NCBI RefSeq assembly: GCF_006345805.1
Contig: NC_042999.1
Location: 117,738,001 to 117,802,000 of the forward strand
DNA: 64,000 bases
Origin: Octopus sinensis
Lineage: Eukaryota
Direction: 5' to 3'
This document shows, in pieces, positions 12,431 through 25,309 of the stretch; position 1 is the first letter of the stretch; each line of letters begins with the position of its first letter. Under the pieces are notes generated by a model. The model saw nothing but the letters and a program-made list of their open reading frames with translations, made no database searches and was not told the DNA's origin. Both the position numbers and the translations under genes were made by a program.

Positions 12431-15340
12431 AAAACTATCTCTCTGTAATGAAAAGGATTAAACTCTTATTACTTATTGTAAAAAAAGGTATATCTAGTTT
12501 TGTGTTGAACGAGCTGTAGATGAGGCTCCACAAGGATCCACGAAGACAGAGAAAATGTTATAATACATATTTTTCATTCTTTGATTTGGTTTTCATTTGT
12601 TTCAGTATCCAATGTGGAAGAGTAAACCGTGATTCATTATTTTTCATTAAATATTACTTCATTTCTTGCAAGTCTGTGGGTAGGACATTTGATATTTTGT
12701 GTGTTTTCATAACCTTATGTGCCTCGGTGTATTAGTACGTTTGGAATCTAAGAGTAGGTGAAACAGCGGCATATAGATAAAATGAAGTACTCTTACAAAG
12801 AACTAAACCATACGAAGAGAACAAAGGTGATGAAATTCTAAGCATCGCAGAGAAGCAAAATGCAGCATATACATCTGAAAAAATAATCTATGCAACAGCA
12901 TGCTGAAGATGTGAAGAAAGCTACATAGAACAAACAAGGATGTGATGAAACCGACATCAGATAAATATGGATATCATGGAAGCAATGCATGACACAGCGT
13001 AGAATCGAAATGAAAATATGGGAATACAAACAAATAGGACTCAATGAATATATCGACGCACATGTAGGAAAGAAAGAAACAAAATTAATGTACTGATTTA
13101 ACGATTGAACAACATCATAACAACGCATCAATGAAGAAACTATCAATACTTTCATAATCAAATACCCACCACGTATAAACATCTGTGTGACAGAAAGGGA
13201 GACAACGATTGCCACCCCTACAACCTTGCTATAAGTTAAACTGACGTAGTTGCTGCTATGTGTGTTGCAGTTCCTTCTAGTAAAATATATTCCTTAATGA
13301 CAAAGAACAACTATTTCTGTTTGACTGCTTCTATGACCCAGCAGAAGCAAACGAACTGCCAATACAATGCCATCTTTGTAAAAACACCTGAACTTCCAGG
13401 ATTAATATCATGGCAAATTAATTTAATTTATTTTCCCTTTCCTCTCAACATAAGATTGGTGGTATATTTTCAAAAATGTATATACTTTCTTTTATCCGTG
13501 ATGGAGTTTTCAAACCACTTTGCTTTTATTTTTTTATATAAATTTATTGGTAAATCTTCTTAACCTTTTCAATGTGTGTGTGTGTGTCTGTGTGCCTATG
13601 TGCCTATGTATATATAAGCACAGAGTGAGTAGTAAAAATAGGCAAAGTGTACAAGACTATATAAACGTATGAAGAAACGAGAAATTGGATTCAACGAAAT
13701 GGATGAAAATATATAAGATTAAGAGGAGAAAGAACGCTTGAACGTAGTCACATAAATGCTGGTACCGAAGCTGGAGTTGAGGCAGTTGTACAATATAAAG
13801 TTGGATAAAAAAGGGAGAATTATTGATTAATGAATTTGACACATACATTTAGTGAGAAGAATTTAGAAATAAATTCATTATCAATTTTATGTGAAGAGGT
13901 GATGTTATGTGAATTTATTATGCGCAACACGTCTTGTTATGTCGTTATATTCTTGTACAGATAGTTAAATCTTTACATGATGAAAATCTCATGCATCGAT
14001 GAACCTGTTGTATAAGGAAGAGATGACGTGTATTGCTATTTACTTGTCAGTTCTGAAGAGTTGAAGAGTTTAAAACTATCAAGGGTCACTCTACTGCCTA
14101 ACACATGTTCTGTGCGTATTCATTTATATATTGCGAATCAATGTGTATAAGGGTGTATTAATCCAAGTCGGTATATCTAGATGTAGGTAAATGAAAACGT
14201 GACGACTGAGAGTTATTCAATATTTACACAGCTACTAGACAGCTTGTTACATCAGTTAGAAATAAAACAAATTTTTCAATGAGGCGAAACCAATACTCGT
14301 GTTCTCAATATAAAACAACTTCTCTAGGTTGTAGTTTTACAACCTAGAGAAGATATAGTGTACATGAAATTTAGATAAATATTCTCAAAGAGAATGAATT
14401 ACCTGAAGAGATAAGAACAAAGTGTTACAAAAAATATGATGAACAATATATCTCTATGGATGAACTTATCAATAAAGTCATGAAGGTGTTGATGGTATTA
14501 CGTGTCGTCAAAAGTAGTAAAATGCAGGAGAAAACGTCCTAATATTTTGCTTAGAGTTCATAGCCTTCTACAGTTGACGTTACATTTAATACCTATTTTG
14601 CAATTAGCTGCCGTCAGTGAAAAGTTACCGAGAAGAAATTTGAAGATCAGGATATCAAAAATACTTACGAAAGAGAGAAACAAGAGAATCTATTGAAGCA
14701 AATAAAAAAGCTGAAATATAGCCAATTTCTATGAAAATAGATTAATTCCACAGTATTGGAATACTTATCTTTATTGTTCCATCACGAACTAAAACCCTTA
14801 AGTACTAGGTTGAATGTGTCATACTATTAGCCATCAACTGAATATGGATAGCTATACTTTTTTATGACTGAGACAAAAATCGTAGGAGTGAGTAGAGCTA
14901 CTTTAAACATACACTTATAGATCGGAAAGTTACATTTGAGAATTAGTCTGTACCACTGATGGTTAGAAAGATCGCTGATATATAGGGTTCATTAAATGGC
15001 TCTAATTGAACGACATTCTGTATGAGAAGGTATTTTATATTTTGTATACATTATATGTATTTTTAGCTTGTGCCTCTTCCATTCCTTTTTCATCCGATTT
15101 TCTTACAATTTTGCACGTTGTAATCTGTTTTGAAATGCATTTTCATCAAACACCCATGAAGCAAATAAGATATCTCATCTTCATCATTATGATCTTTGTC
15201 GACATTGCCATCATCGCCGGCATCGTCGTCACGATGATGAGGATGTTATAGATGATGATAATGATGATATGATCATCATCATCATTGTAATTAACATAGT
15301 TACCTTTCTTCTTGTTATTACGATTCTTTTTATTATTCTT

Positions 15341-15553
15341 AAGGCGGCGAGCTGGCAGAATTGTTAGCACGCCGAGTAAAATGCTTAGCGATATTTCGCC
15401 CGTCGCTACATCCTGAGCTGAAATTCTGCCGAGGTTTACCTTTCATCCTTTAGGGGTCGATAAATTAAGTACCAGTGAAGTGAAAAACTGGGGTCGATGT
15501 AATTGACTAGTCTCTCCCCGAAAATTTTAGGCCTTGTGCCTTCAATAGAAAGG

Positions 15554-15555
<2 letters not shown>
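15341..15555 (+). mobile_element. tRNA-derived SINE with conserved central domain and (ATT)n tail
   Basis: Head ggcggcgagctggcagaa, core tttcatcctttaggggtcgataaattaagtaccag, end agaaaggattatt. Confidence 0.85.
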
Positions 15556-15599
<44 letters not shown>

Positions 15600-15624
15600 T
15601 ATTATTATTATTATTATTATTATT

Positions 15625-17010
15625 GCCCTTGCACAGCCTCTAACGCTGGAGATGTATTACTGTGTCAGTTGTTCACTACCAGTGAACTAAGGTAACACCT
15701 CTTATTTTTCGAGCACCTTCCGGAGTATTCGAGCGGTTCCAAGCAGTGCTGTTTCTGCAAGTGCTCCACTCCTATTGCAGCCCCTATTTGTTCCACGTAC
15801 TTCTCGAAATTTTTGTTCACTGTTCCCAGGGCACCGACTATTACTGTTACTACTGCTACCCTTTTCATCGACCACCACTGCTTAACTTCCCAAACTAACC
15901 TGTCATATCTCTCGACTTTTCTTTTTTCCTTATCGCATACCTTCTTGTCATCTGGGCATAGTCTCAATTAAGACTATGTCTGGTTACCTATTCTCTATCT
16001 CATGGTCGCACTGAAACATAAACTCCCATAGGATCTTTGCATTTCTATTTTCGACGATGCTTTCAGGTTTGTGGTCGTACCAATTTTTGCTCTGTGAAGT
16101 CAATACTTGTTGCAAAGTATCCAATGGACAAGCCTTGCTATATTATCGTGGCGTCTCTTATATTCCTGTTGGGCTAGTGGCGTACGGTGGTTGGTAATAT
16201 GCCATACGGTTTCACCGTTTTGTCCACAGATTCTGCACTTATAACTTTCTGCTGTGTTGTCTTCGGTATTTTATGTAGTTTGTTCTTAGTGCTTGCCCTT
16301 GGGCAGCACATATCAGAGCTAACCCTAACCCTAACCCTAAATCATTTTTAGTCATCTACAGCCGTCTTTTTTCTCTGTCTGTCTTATCTTCAACATCCCT
16401 ATGAAATTGTCCATGCATTCTTTTCTTTACCCACCTATTTTCAGTTTCATTCATTTTCAATTTCTTGTATAGTGATTTGTCTTTGCAATCTTTCATCCTA
16501 CACAAATCTAACCTTCTTACTTCTAATAATAGTGGTTCTGTGGCATTTTTACATACCATGCTATGTTGTTTTCTTCTGCTCTAATGCTGTGTTCGCAGCC
16601 AATAAGCCCTCTTTCCCCTCTTTTTCTTGGTACATACAGTCTGTCTATGTCACTTTTTGGGCGGAGTGACTCATATCTAGTTAGCAACTTCCTTGTCTTT
16701 CTGTTTAGTTTGTCTACTGTCCCTGCAAGTACCCCTGATCCATATCTAAGGAGTGAAACCGCCCAGCTTCGATCTTATTCCGTCCGTTTAATTTCAACTT
16801 TAGGATCAGTCCCAGTCTGCGCAAGTATTCTACATTAATTTTTTCTGCCATTTCTTTCTCCATCAATTTATCCATTTCCAAAATCCCCAAGTACTTATAG
16901 CCCGTCTCTTCTACTTGCTTCATAACCTCCCCAAACGGTATTGTTAGCCCGGTCATACATTTGATTTTGTGTCTCTTCGAGACTAAAGCACCACACTTTC
17001 TCCATTCTGA
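15625..17010 (-). mobile_element. 5'-truncated decayed R4/Dong element, fourth family
   Basis: Minus frames give GYKYLGILE, KLNGRNKIEA, MHGQFHRD, ALICAAQ, KCRICGQNGETVWHI, RHDN and VIVGALGTV. It ends in (AAT)n. Confidence 0.88.
16319..16340. repeat. Short interstitial telomeric repeat (CCCTAA)3+
   Basis: ctaaccctaaccctaaccctaa lies inside the Dong ORF. Confidence 0.8.
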
Positions 17011-17105
17011 TATCAGCACTGAAAGTATACAACGTATCAACGAGGGTACTGACTTGATTTCCTCCTCCTCACCGGCATCATCATCATCATCATCATTATT
17101 ATTAT

Positions 17106-17635
17106 TTAGTAGTCTTATTTTTATCACGTGCTTTCACTGCACTACCAAGTGCAGCTCTGTGTGCCTTGGGTATGTGATGTGGTTTGTTGTGATACACGTA
17201 TTTTTGCTGTGTTGAAAGTGTTTTGCGTAGGCTGTGTGCGGTGCCTAGTAGTGCTATGTTCTGCATGTTATATATATTTGTTCGTCCTGCTGTTTTTGTT
17301 ATGTATCTGTCTGAATATTTTTTTTACATACCTAATGCGCCTATGATAAGAATTGTTTCTATTTTTACACTCCACATTCGAGTTACTTCTATTTCCAGGT
17401 CTTTGTATTTTGATAGTTTCTCCGTTTCTTCTAGAGAAACGTTGTCATGTGTTGGCTGTGATACATCGATTAGAAAGCGTTTTTTTCTTGATAATCTCTG
17501 ATAATTATATCTAGCCTATTTACCTTAATTTCTCTATCTGTGTGTATTGGCATATCCTATACTATGTTTTTTCATATTTTCTGTGCCTTTTTCTGGCGTG
17601 TGCATATACCATCTTTTTCCTGTTGTTATTCAATA
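17106..17635 (-). mobile_element. Older 3' fragment related to the first R4/Dong family
   Basis: Reverse complement aligns to ~3230-3749 (EKLSKYKDLEIEVTRMW; 3'UTR acatacccaaggcacacagagctgc). Confidence 0.85.
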
Positions 17636-17850
<215 letters not shown>

Positions 17851-17879
17851 ATTAGTATTATTACTACACTTGTTTTATG

Positions 17880-18900
17880 GACTAGTTATTGTGCCAGTTT
17901 AAATTATGCTTCCTATCGAACCACAGAACACGACTGAAGGCGCGATTCATTTAATACTTTCGTAATAAAACTATCTTTCTGCTCTTCATCTATGATCTTA
18001 CTTTATATTTATGACTTTCCGGAAATTTTTGCAGAACCTATACTCACTTTGTGCTAGCTTACTTTACTCGCATAGAAGATACTTGATACTTCTGTTTCCT
18101 TAACCTTATATCCTGGTTTTCTGTCTGACTGACTTTTATTAATCTTTTTCTCTTTATTAGATTAGTTCTAATGATTTTTTTCTTATTCATTTTCACGCTT
18201 CAGGCTCAAATAAAACCTGTGTCTTCGTTTACAACATCCTCAGTTTCCTGTATGAACAGGACACGTTGTTCTTTTTTCCAAGCCATTTGACCTTCTTTTC
18301 TAATTTATATGTTTGAAATCTTTCACTTTTTCAGTGGCGCTGCCCAATTGCTATCCGGAGATAATAACCATTCCATAATTTGCACAACATAATTTTTCAA
18401 ATACCAAATAACAGCACTGATTTTATCTTCAGTGATTGCCAGACCTTTTGCTCCTTTCTCTTGTTGGTAAATATAATCTGCCAATAATACTTTTTTATGA
18501 TGTGCATCTTTTTTTCTCAATTTCTGTGGTTCTGTCGTTTCTATTTTAAGAAGAAACAACCCATCATTGATTGCCTTGATACTACTACCACCACTTCATT
18601 TTGTTTTAAGCACTCTTCTCTTGTAGTCTTTGAAGACTTTCCCTCTCAGTCCTCTTTCTATTTCTTTATTAATCCGAAGCACTTTTAAACACTTCTATAC
18701 TTCATTCTCTTTCAGTGATTTAATGATAATATCCTGGGGTATTTCTGTCCCATCACGTCCAAGCGCCTTTCCTGTTTATAGTTAATACCCCGCGTTTATT
18801 CGCCATAATTGAATATCAATTTTGTTAAATATTCTTAGTGTTTGAACAAGAGAATCCTAGTTTTTAGAAAGTTATGTATATTCTTCCTGTTCTTAGTAAG
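17880..18900 (-). mobile_element. Highly decayed R4/Dong-like relic
   Basis: Remnant LRKKDAHHKKV...KGAKGL resembles the H..K...LY....GGRGL block. Confidence 0.45.
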
Positions 18901-19357
18901 CTCATAATTAGGTGTAGGTATTCTCAGTAAGCTTGTAAAAAAAAATTAAAGCAATAATGAAAGTTAATGATGGTAGCAGTTCTTGCTGAAATATTCCCTT
19001 CAAATTTTTATATTTCCTGACACCCTCTCGCACTTGAGTTGCAATTTCTTATATCTTATAACTGTTTTTTTAGAAAACAAAGAAATATAAAACTCAATTT
19101 TCTCAAGGAACACAAGAGTTCTCGGGGTTTTCAAAGTCTACTAGCATAGCACGTTGTTGTATACTCTTTTGAAAACTGCCTCATCAACTTCGTCTTCTTC
19201 ACACATACTTTACTAATGTTCATCACCATGAGGATGAGGATGATCATAATGACCATAATCATCATCGTCATCATCATCCACGAGGTCGGACCGTGTTGGT
19301 GGTGGTGGTGGTAGTCATCATCATCGTCGACTTCCTTCGGTATATTATTAGAAAGGG

Positions 19358-19515
19358 TTCTGACAGAATCGTGCAAAATTTCACCGAAGTCGACTTTGCT
19401 TTTCATCTTTTCGGGGTCGATGAATAAAGTACTAGTTGTGTCCTGGGGTCGATGTAGTCGACTCATTCCCTCTCCACAAATGTCAGGCTTTGTGCCTATA
19501 GTAGAAAGAATTATT
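19358..19515 (+). mobile_element. Partial SINE (same family as 15341)
   Basis: ccgaagtcgactttgcttttcatcttttcggggtcgat...ggctttgtgcctatagtagaaagaattatt. Confidence 0.8.
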
Positions 19516-19729
19516 GCTATTGTTATTAATGGTAGTAGTAGTAGTATTAATAGTAATAGTAGTAGTCGTAGTAATAGTAGTAGTAGTAGTAGTAGTAGTA
19601 CTACTACTACTACTACTACTACTATTACTACTACTAGTAGTAGTAGTATTAATAAACTATGTTATTCCACGGAGTAGTTGTGCCAGTTAAAAAAAATCTA
19701 TTTTGTGCTCATGTAGATACTTAACTTCT

Positions 19730-20050
19730 TAGCGAATGAAAATGTGTAGAAGGTTTGTACCTTTGGCCTGCAAACAGAACCGCAAAGTAACACACAATAA
19801 GCTAGTCATGAATTTCCACGACAAAAATTACCATAACATACTGATTACTAGCGTAGCAGTGTCAAATGACGGTAAGATTATGCAGACGTTTACGGAAATA
19901 CTAAGGAATTACGTTAACTTAGCTGTTGAATTAAATAAGCTATGATAAGTAAGGAGCATTTGCTGTTCTTCTGTCTAAAATAGCAGAACGAAATGCGGCA
20001 TAGAAAAGAAAATGAGCGAATAGTAATACTATGGTGTGTAAATATTCTCA
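19730..20050 (+). mobile_element. Decayed R4-type RLE fragment
   Basis: RKVTHNKLV..HDK..ILITSVAVSND...RNYVNLAVELNKL resembles the RLE consensus (HNRPD..IIDVAVPND..KY.DLA.E). Confidence 0.5.
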
Positions 20051-22381
20051 GGGCATCATCAATCAATTATTCTTAATCTTGGGCATTCGTTTTCAACTTT
20101 AACACTTTTGGTGATCTTGAACATTTTCATGAACCTTTGTTGTTGGTGGTGGTAGTCATCATCATCATCATCGTCGTCCTTCCTTCGGTATATTATTAGA
20201 AAGGGTTCTGAATATTTCAAATATGCTTCTGTTGAACATTTTGTAACCTTTAACCTGTTCGTTGACAATAAACACAGCATGTTTTCTTGTTGTATATAAT
20301 TTTCTATTAGGGATAGAGACGGTTGATATATTTCTTGAAACGTGAATAATAAAGATAATGATAAAAACAAAGAAACCGAAAGATAATTTAAAACAAATAA
20401 TAATGAGTTTGTTATATATTTCCACCAATGTGCTTGCAGGAGAGATACTTTTATTTTGTCTTTCATTCAGTAACTTTTTACAGAAATGATTATTCGAGCT
20501 TTTGTTAATTTTGATAACTTACTGTTCTGATCTTCGCAAAGAACATAAGCTAAGTCAGTTGTTATCAATTCCATAGGGCGACGATAATCAGATAAAGTCT
20601 GACAGACAATTCTTATCGAATCAATAAAATTGACAAATCGTAACAGAAGTATTGTCATCATTTATTGAATACGCAATAAATCCTATGGTTTTCAGCAGAA
20701 CTATTCCGATATTCTAACGTATCATTACAGTTTTAGAGCAACATGATTAAGTTCGGTTTTATTCTATGTTGAATAAACCATCTTCCATCACACAGAAGTA
20801 TAATTCATTGAATCGTCACATTTTGTGGGAGGCATTTATTTCTATGAAATTAATAATGATAGTCACCAGTGCCAGAAGGTAGAGAAAACCTACTGAGGAA
20901 TCACGCGTGAAACACAAATTTCTATTCCTGCTTGTTGCCATTTTGCCATTTCACTTCATTTATGATGCTAATCACATTAGGAAAGACATGAATGTGACGC
21001 CTCGTGTCTGCTTCCCATGTCTTAAAGTAAATATCGTATTGCTTAAGCAGTTACAATCAACGATATCCATCAATAAGCTATTATATCTATTGACATCAAA
21101 GAAGAAGAATGCGGGCGTTCTGGTGCATACTATTAGTGAAATAGATATATAGAAGATGCAAATCTAAATGGAAGACACTTCTCTTCAGAATAACGAAGGA
21201 AGACATTAACAGGAGCAATATAACTAAGTTTTAAAGGCAGTGGAACGGTAGAGTCAACAAAGTGGTGCATTAAAAGTCTTTAATTTATCTTCTGTTCTAC
21301 ATTCTGAAGCTATAGCTCAAAAAAGGTTGAGTTTATCTTTCATTTTCCCAGGTTTGATCAAATGAGTTTGATCCAAAACTTCCGGGGTAATTCAGTGAAA
21401 TATATTCATTCCATACAAAGTCGGGTCCTTGTCACGATCTGAAGAAATAGTTTTATTCAGTACAGGCTGTGATCAGTGCCGATTCGTATAGGCAACCATC
21501 ATCTCTGTGGAGAAAAATATAGACAACATCATAAATGGAGTAAATATAGCAAGAAGTTTCATTGAATCGATGTGATGTAAATGACTTTTTATGCTAACGA
21601 CGGTTAGTACAATACATTATCATAATGAAAATAATGTAGTGAGATGGAGAGAGAAACAGGAGAGAGAAACAGGAGAGAAAAAAGGAATTGTGTAGAAGAA
21701 GGAACAAATATATTATGGAGCTTGTTGACGCACAAGTTACCATGCACTATGAGTACACAGTCGTATGTAACGCACAAAAAAGTTATAGCTTCTGGTAATT
21801 TCTTTTAAAGTACATAGATAAAAATAAGCTATAGTTGGAGCACATAAACATACATACAACACACACACATACACACACACACATATGCATATGTATACAC
21901 ACACACGTATTATTGTATTTCGGGACGGTAATTTTTTTTTTTCCAAATAAACACACGCACTATCTATTTTTCACTCATTCGTCTATTACTGTTCTTATTT
22001 TATTATTTTAACTCATGTCCATTGTCGGAAAATCTTTCGTTATACATCTGTGATCTCTTCAGGGAGAAAAGAAATCAGACAGTAATGGAGGTCTGTATTA
22101 TTAGTGTTAAATCACAGTCTTTCAGAATCACGTTAAGAAGATATTTTTTATATTCGTTAAAACATTTGAGATTTCTACACTCAACTGCTATCAAAGAACT
22201 GGACTTGTTTTTAAATTTGCGGCTAATTTATCCCGTTCTTGTCCTTATATGGAATAGAATGTCAACACAAACAATTAATTATTAATAAAAGTAGCTGAAC
22301 GGCTGCAATGTTGTTTAATTTCTATTTAATCGACCCATATATATAATATATATAATTATATATATATATATATATATATAT

Positions 22382-22679
22382 TAATCAATTTAGGGTAGTA
22401 AAAAATTCGACAGAAATTTATCACTACCAGCGGCCCAGTGGAAAAGAAAAATAGTCATGAGACTAAAATGTAAATATATAACAATTTAGGAATGGCCTTA
22501 ACAGGCCATTCGGCCACTGGACAGAGCAGCCATAACTCTAACCGCCAAATAATGTAATTCGGAAATAGGTGAAATATTTTTCACCTATTTCCGAATTACA
22601 TTATTTGGCGGTTAGAGTTATGGCTGCTCTGTCTAGTGGACGAATGGCCTGTTAAGGCCATTCCTAAATTGTTATATAT
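22382..22679. repeat. Near-perfect ~100-bp-arm palindrome (fold-back) in (TA)n, probably a PLE-end inversion
   Basis: 22474-22574 is the reverse complement of 22579-22679 with two mismatches and a 4-nt loop. Confidence 0.9.
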
Positions 22680-22712
22680 ATATAATATATATATATATAT
22701 AATATATATATA

Positions 22713-22757
<45 letters not shown>

Positions 22758-22784
22758 GTATATATATATCTACATACACACACA

Positions 22785-23405
22785 CTAAATGACTGATACA
22801 GAAGACGGAGTGTAACCAGATGCGTTTCGGTTGCATTCTGTACTGCTTACTAGTTGGTGGGGACGATGTAATGATATCAGATGCATCTTGCAGCACAAAA
22901 GAAGTTTCATCAGGTGACTTAATAGGCTTCAGAAGTTACAAGATTTACATTTCGCTCTAAGCAAGATGCTGGTGCTAATGTAGTGTGTTACAAGTAGTTC
23001 ATATACATTGGTGAAGTAAGGAAACTTGTTGTCTGTATACAGGAAGTGGTTGATAAAAAATACAAAGAATATAATGTAAAAGGGGGAGGTGTTAGTGGTA
23101 TTGGATTGAAAGACCCTAAAGCGTGTTGAGACCTTTGATGGTTGGTTATGGTGGTCGAGCATGGTGGTGTGGTCAAGAATTTGGTGGAGGTGTGTTTTCC
23201 GTCTTTAGATTTGATGGCAGCCATTAAGGCTCCAATGTTGCATGGAATGAATGTATCTTACTGAAATTTCTTAAAAGAGTGAAGCAGATTCATGACCTAC
23301 AAGCAATTGACTTAGGATTTGTAAAGATATAATATCTATATCTGTGACAATAAGAATCCAATCAATTGAGCTCTGTTTTTGAATCATTGTATAAGAGTAT
23401 ATACA
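22785..23405 (-). mobile_element. Penelope-like element 3' fragment (duplicated at 23818-24470)
   Basis: Flanked by TA/CA tracts. Remnant SSIDW...ESA resembles a GIY-YIG C-terminus. Carries a hammerhead-like motif near its 3' end. Confidence 0.55.
22812..22920 (-). ncRNA. Degenerate type I hammerhead ribozyme with extended stem II (copy at ~23845-23951)
   Basis: Minus strand reads CTGATGA-aac-ttcttttgtgctgc...gcagtacagaa-tgcaacc-GAAACGCATC. Confidence 0.5.
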
Positions 23406-23481
23406 AACACATACATACATATACAATAAAAGACAGACAGACACACACAACACATATATGCATTATATGCACACACACACT

Positions 23482-23545
<64 letters not shown>

Positions 23546-23690
23546 CTATTATAGAAAAACTTATTGTGTGGTGTCTGTCCCCTTCGATTTAGATTCCTAA
23601 CTCTCCCCACATTTTCCGAATTACATTATTGGCGGTAGAGTTATGGCTGCTCTGTTAGTGGAGATGGCCTGTTAAGGCCATTCCTAATTG

Positions 23691-23784
<94 letters not shown>

Positions 23785-24556
23785 ATATATGTATATATAT
23801 TATCTACATACACACACATAAATGACTGATACAGAAGACGGAGTGTAACCAGATGCGTTTCGGTTGCATCTGTCTGCTTACTAGTTGGTGGGGACGATGT
23901 AATGATACAGATGGCATCTTGCAGCACAAAAGAAGTTTCATCAGGTGACTTAATAGGCTTCAGAAGTTAACAAGATTTACATTTCGCTCTAAGAAGATGC
24001 TGGTGCTAATGTAGTGTGTTACAAGTAGTTCATACATTGGTGAAGTAAGGAAACTTGTTTCTGTATACAGGAAGTGGTGATAAAAAATACAAAGAATATA
24101 ATGTAAAAGGGGGAGGTGTTAGTGGTATTGGATTGAAGACCCTAAAGCGTGTTGGACCTTTGATGGTTGGTTATGGTGGTCGAGCATGGTGGTGTGGTCA
24201 GATGGTTGGTTATGGTGGTCGAGCATGGTGGTGTGGTCAAGAATTTGGTGGAGGTGTGTTTTCCGTCTTTAGATTTGATGGCAGCCATTAAGGCTCCAAT
24301 GTTGCATGGAATGAATGTATCTTACTGAAATTTCTTAAAAGAGTGAAGCAGATTCATGACCTACAAGCAATTGACTTAGGATTTGTAAAGATATAATATC
24401 TATATCTGTGACAATAAGAATCCAAATCAATTGAGCTCTGTTTTTGAATCATTGTATAAGAAGTATTATACAAACACATACATACATATATACAAATAAA
24501 AAGACAGACAGACACACACACACACATATATATGCATATATATGCACACACACACT

Positions 24557-24602
<46 letters not shown>

Positions 24603-24605
<3 letters not shown>

Positions 24606-25113
24606 ATATATATAAAACTCTAGTTGTGTGAGTGTCTGTCCCCTTCGATTTAGATTCCTAACTCCTCCCACATTTTGCGGTGCAGTTTAACCAAATTCGG
24701 TATCTTATAGTCGTGATTCATATCAAGCCCGTCTGACTATTAGCGCGCGTCAACGATGAGTCTACGATTTTAAAAATAATTTAACATCATTTTTTATTCC
24801 ATTTTAATGCATAAAATGCATCGTATGTCGATGGCGGCGGAGTTGGCGTCCACGCTCACAGCTGCACCTGTTTGCTTCTCCCCCTTCCCTCCCTTGTGAA
24901 GCTCTGGGGAAGGGAGTGTAAAGAAATCAACGTCGTAATGCGTTGTGAAGGAGACCAGCGTTCTTTTAAAACAACAACTTCATGGCTCGAAGACACCAAA
25001 ACAAAAATGGCTAAGAAAGCCCGAATTGGCATCTATAAGGGAAGTAACTCTCTAAAAATGCTTATATAGTTATTTCCCTTACAAACCCGAGCAACGCCGG
25101 GCGATACTGCTAG
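24603..25113 (+). mobile_element. Non-autonomous Helitron
   Basis: 5' A|TCTATATATATAAAA, 3' hairpin cccgagcaacgccggg then CTAG|T, no TSD. Confidence 0.85.
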
Positions 25114-25206
25114 TATATATATATATTAAAAATGGGGAAATCCGGTTTATGGGATTACCTTAGGTTTCCCGTCCATAAAGGGCTTAGCTTTATGGCGTAT
25201 ATGTAT

Positions 25207-25291
<85 letters not shown>

Positions 25292-25309
25292 AGGAGGGAG
25301 GGGAGAGAG

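Larger units (their letters stand above)
22590..24671. repeat. ~1.03-kb tandem duplication (22590-23610 / 23611-24671)
   Basis: Both copies carry the palindrome arm, TA tract, PLE fragment and Helitron 5' end, and differ mainly by 1-nt indels. Confidence 0.92.

Noticed and set aside
13860-14700. Possible ancient PLE RT relic (ILKENELPEE)
   Set aside because: Too degraded, with no catalytic motif readable.
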